A DNA stretch of 63,924 nt, the filler included, from Octopus bimaculoides (taxonomy: Eukaryota), in NCBI RefSeq assembly GCF_001194135.2. It is 6 parts of 6 records of this genome, joined end to end, with 100 filler letters (N's around TTAATTAATTAA, not from the genome) between each part and the next. Parts side by side here need not be neighbours in the genome. Positions count along the whole stretch, not along the records: positions 62,015 to 63,924 come from NW_026434479.1; 5 more parts are not named here. One strand, written 5' to 3'. This document shows, in pieces, positions 62,508 through 63,924 of this stretch (position 1 is the first letter of the stretch; every line of letters starts with the position of its first letter). The notes under the pieces are model-generated. The model searched no databases. It saw only the letters and a program-made list of their open reading frames with translations, and was not told where the DNA came from. The translations under genes were made by a program, and so were the position numbers.

Positions 62508-63080
62508 TGAAGGCACGTGGCTTAGTGGTTAGGGCGTTTGGCTCACGATCGTAAGGTCGTGAGTTCAATTCCCGGTGACTCATTGTGTCCTTGAGCAAGA
62601 CACTTTATTTCACGTTGCTCCAGTTCACTCNNNNNNNNNNNNNNNNNNNNNNNNNNNNNNNNNNNNNNNNNNNNNNNNNNNNNNNNNNNNNNNNNNNNNN
62701 NNNNNNNNNNNNNNNNNNNNNNNNNNNNNNNNNNNNNNNNNNNNNNNNNNNNNNNNNNNNNNNNNNNNNNNNNNNNNNNNNNNNNNNNNNNNNNNNNNNN
62801 NNNNNNNNNNNNNNNNNNNNNNNNNNNNNNNNNNNNNNNNNNNNNNNNNNNNNNNNNNNNNNNNNNNNNNNNNNNNNNNNNNNNNNNNNNNNNNNNNNNN
62901 NNNNNNNNNNNNNNNNCAAAGGGCCAGTCTTGTCACGCTGAGACTCCCTGAGACCTACGTTAGGGGTACACATGTCTGTGGATTGCTCAGTCAATTTCAC
63001 GTTAATTTCATGAGCAGGCTGTTCCGTTGATCGTATCAGTTGGGACCCTTGTCTNNNNNNNNNNTAACCGACGGCGTGCT
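62508..63080 (+). mobile_element. SINE family B spanning a gap
   Basis: Head and CORE-like segment at 62508-62630; tail at 62917-63080. Confidence 0.8.
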
Positions 63081-63924
63081 CCTTTTTTAAATTTTATATC
63101 TGGTAACAGTTTATTTGATTTAAGCCTTTTGAAAAAATATATGAAAAACAGACGAAATAAATATGAATTTCAATTCAAACATATCGAAAATGAAACAACC
63201 AGTTGGTTNNNNNNNNNNAATATGAATTTCAATTCAAACATATCGAAAATGAAACAACCAGTTGGTTTAAAAAAGAGCTGTTAACACGAAATATAATCAG
63301 AATGAAGAACGTAAAAGACAGTCATGAAGACATTTCAGAATATTAGTGAANNNNNNNNNNATGAAGAACGTAAAAGACAGTCATGAAGACATTTCAGAAT
63401 ATTAGTGAATCACATTTAACGCAAATGCAAGTGTCAAGCAAGCGACGCCCAGCAGTTTGTTTTAATTCAGAATCCTTAATGACGTGTGTTCTGTTTGACT
63501 TAATTTATTCATGTTGTAACCAGTTTTCGAACCTTACCGATAACTAGCGCAATTGCGTTAACCAGCTCAAGCATATAAAATTGTACATTCGTCCTGCAAA
63601 GGATATTCGTAGATCATTCCAGTTAACTTTGCTTCCTATCACAGTGACACAACTAGATCATGTGCCACCAGAGACAGCCTTTGAATTTGCTGCTTTTCCA
63701 GGCTTCCAAGCCTATACAGTATTATACAGGAGGCTCCAAGATGCTGCATCCATAAAATCTTTACCCAGAGCCGGTCAGCCTCCTCACCCCCAACTATCTT
63801 CGTTACTGCCCATTTGAAAGGCAGTAACTGAGGTGGGTTATTATACAGTTGGACGATTTGACTGAAGACTGGCTACACCAGGCTCCAGTCTGATTTGGCA
63901 GAGTTTCTACTGCTGGATGCCCTT

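Noticed and set aside
63160-63410. ~50-bp direct repeats around 10-N gaps (also 25882-26000)
   Set aside because: Pattern typical of negative-gap scaffolding artefacts.
63802-63828. 9-bp hairpin GTTACTGCC/GGCAGTAAC as a terminator
   Set aside because: No U-tract, eukaryotic context, and it lies beside a probable retroposon tail (63845-63924); insufficient support.

Overview
Eukaryotic, AT-rich, repeat-dominated animal DNA from a gapped draft assembly. The SINE families and microsatellite load look cephalopod (Octopus-like); this is recognition from memory, not a database result. Five identical 100-nt spacers (44 N + TTAATTAATTAA + 44 N) split the window into six joined segments, so adjacency across them is not guaranteed. 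The only convincing host coding sequence is one 5' coding exon of a glyoxylate/hydroxypyruvate reductase (GRHPR-like, 38585-38816, +); no downstream exon was found. The rest is microsatellites, at least five tRNA-type SINE families and decayed transposons: R4/Dong-like, Tx1/L1-like, RTE, a Copia (GalEa-like) LTR relic, mariner and DD37D/maT relics, mariner and hAT MITEs, a Helitron-like element, and Penelope-type terminal repeats with hammerhead-like cores. Nearly all long ORFs in the supplied track are artefacts of N-gaps or simple repeats. I found no intact novel multi-gene system. The best leads are the hammerhead-like motifs, the (TAA)n-embedded Dong-like end, the hidden Copia relic, SINE module shuffling with a 37-bp target duplication, and inverted SINEs in the GRHPR intron.
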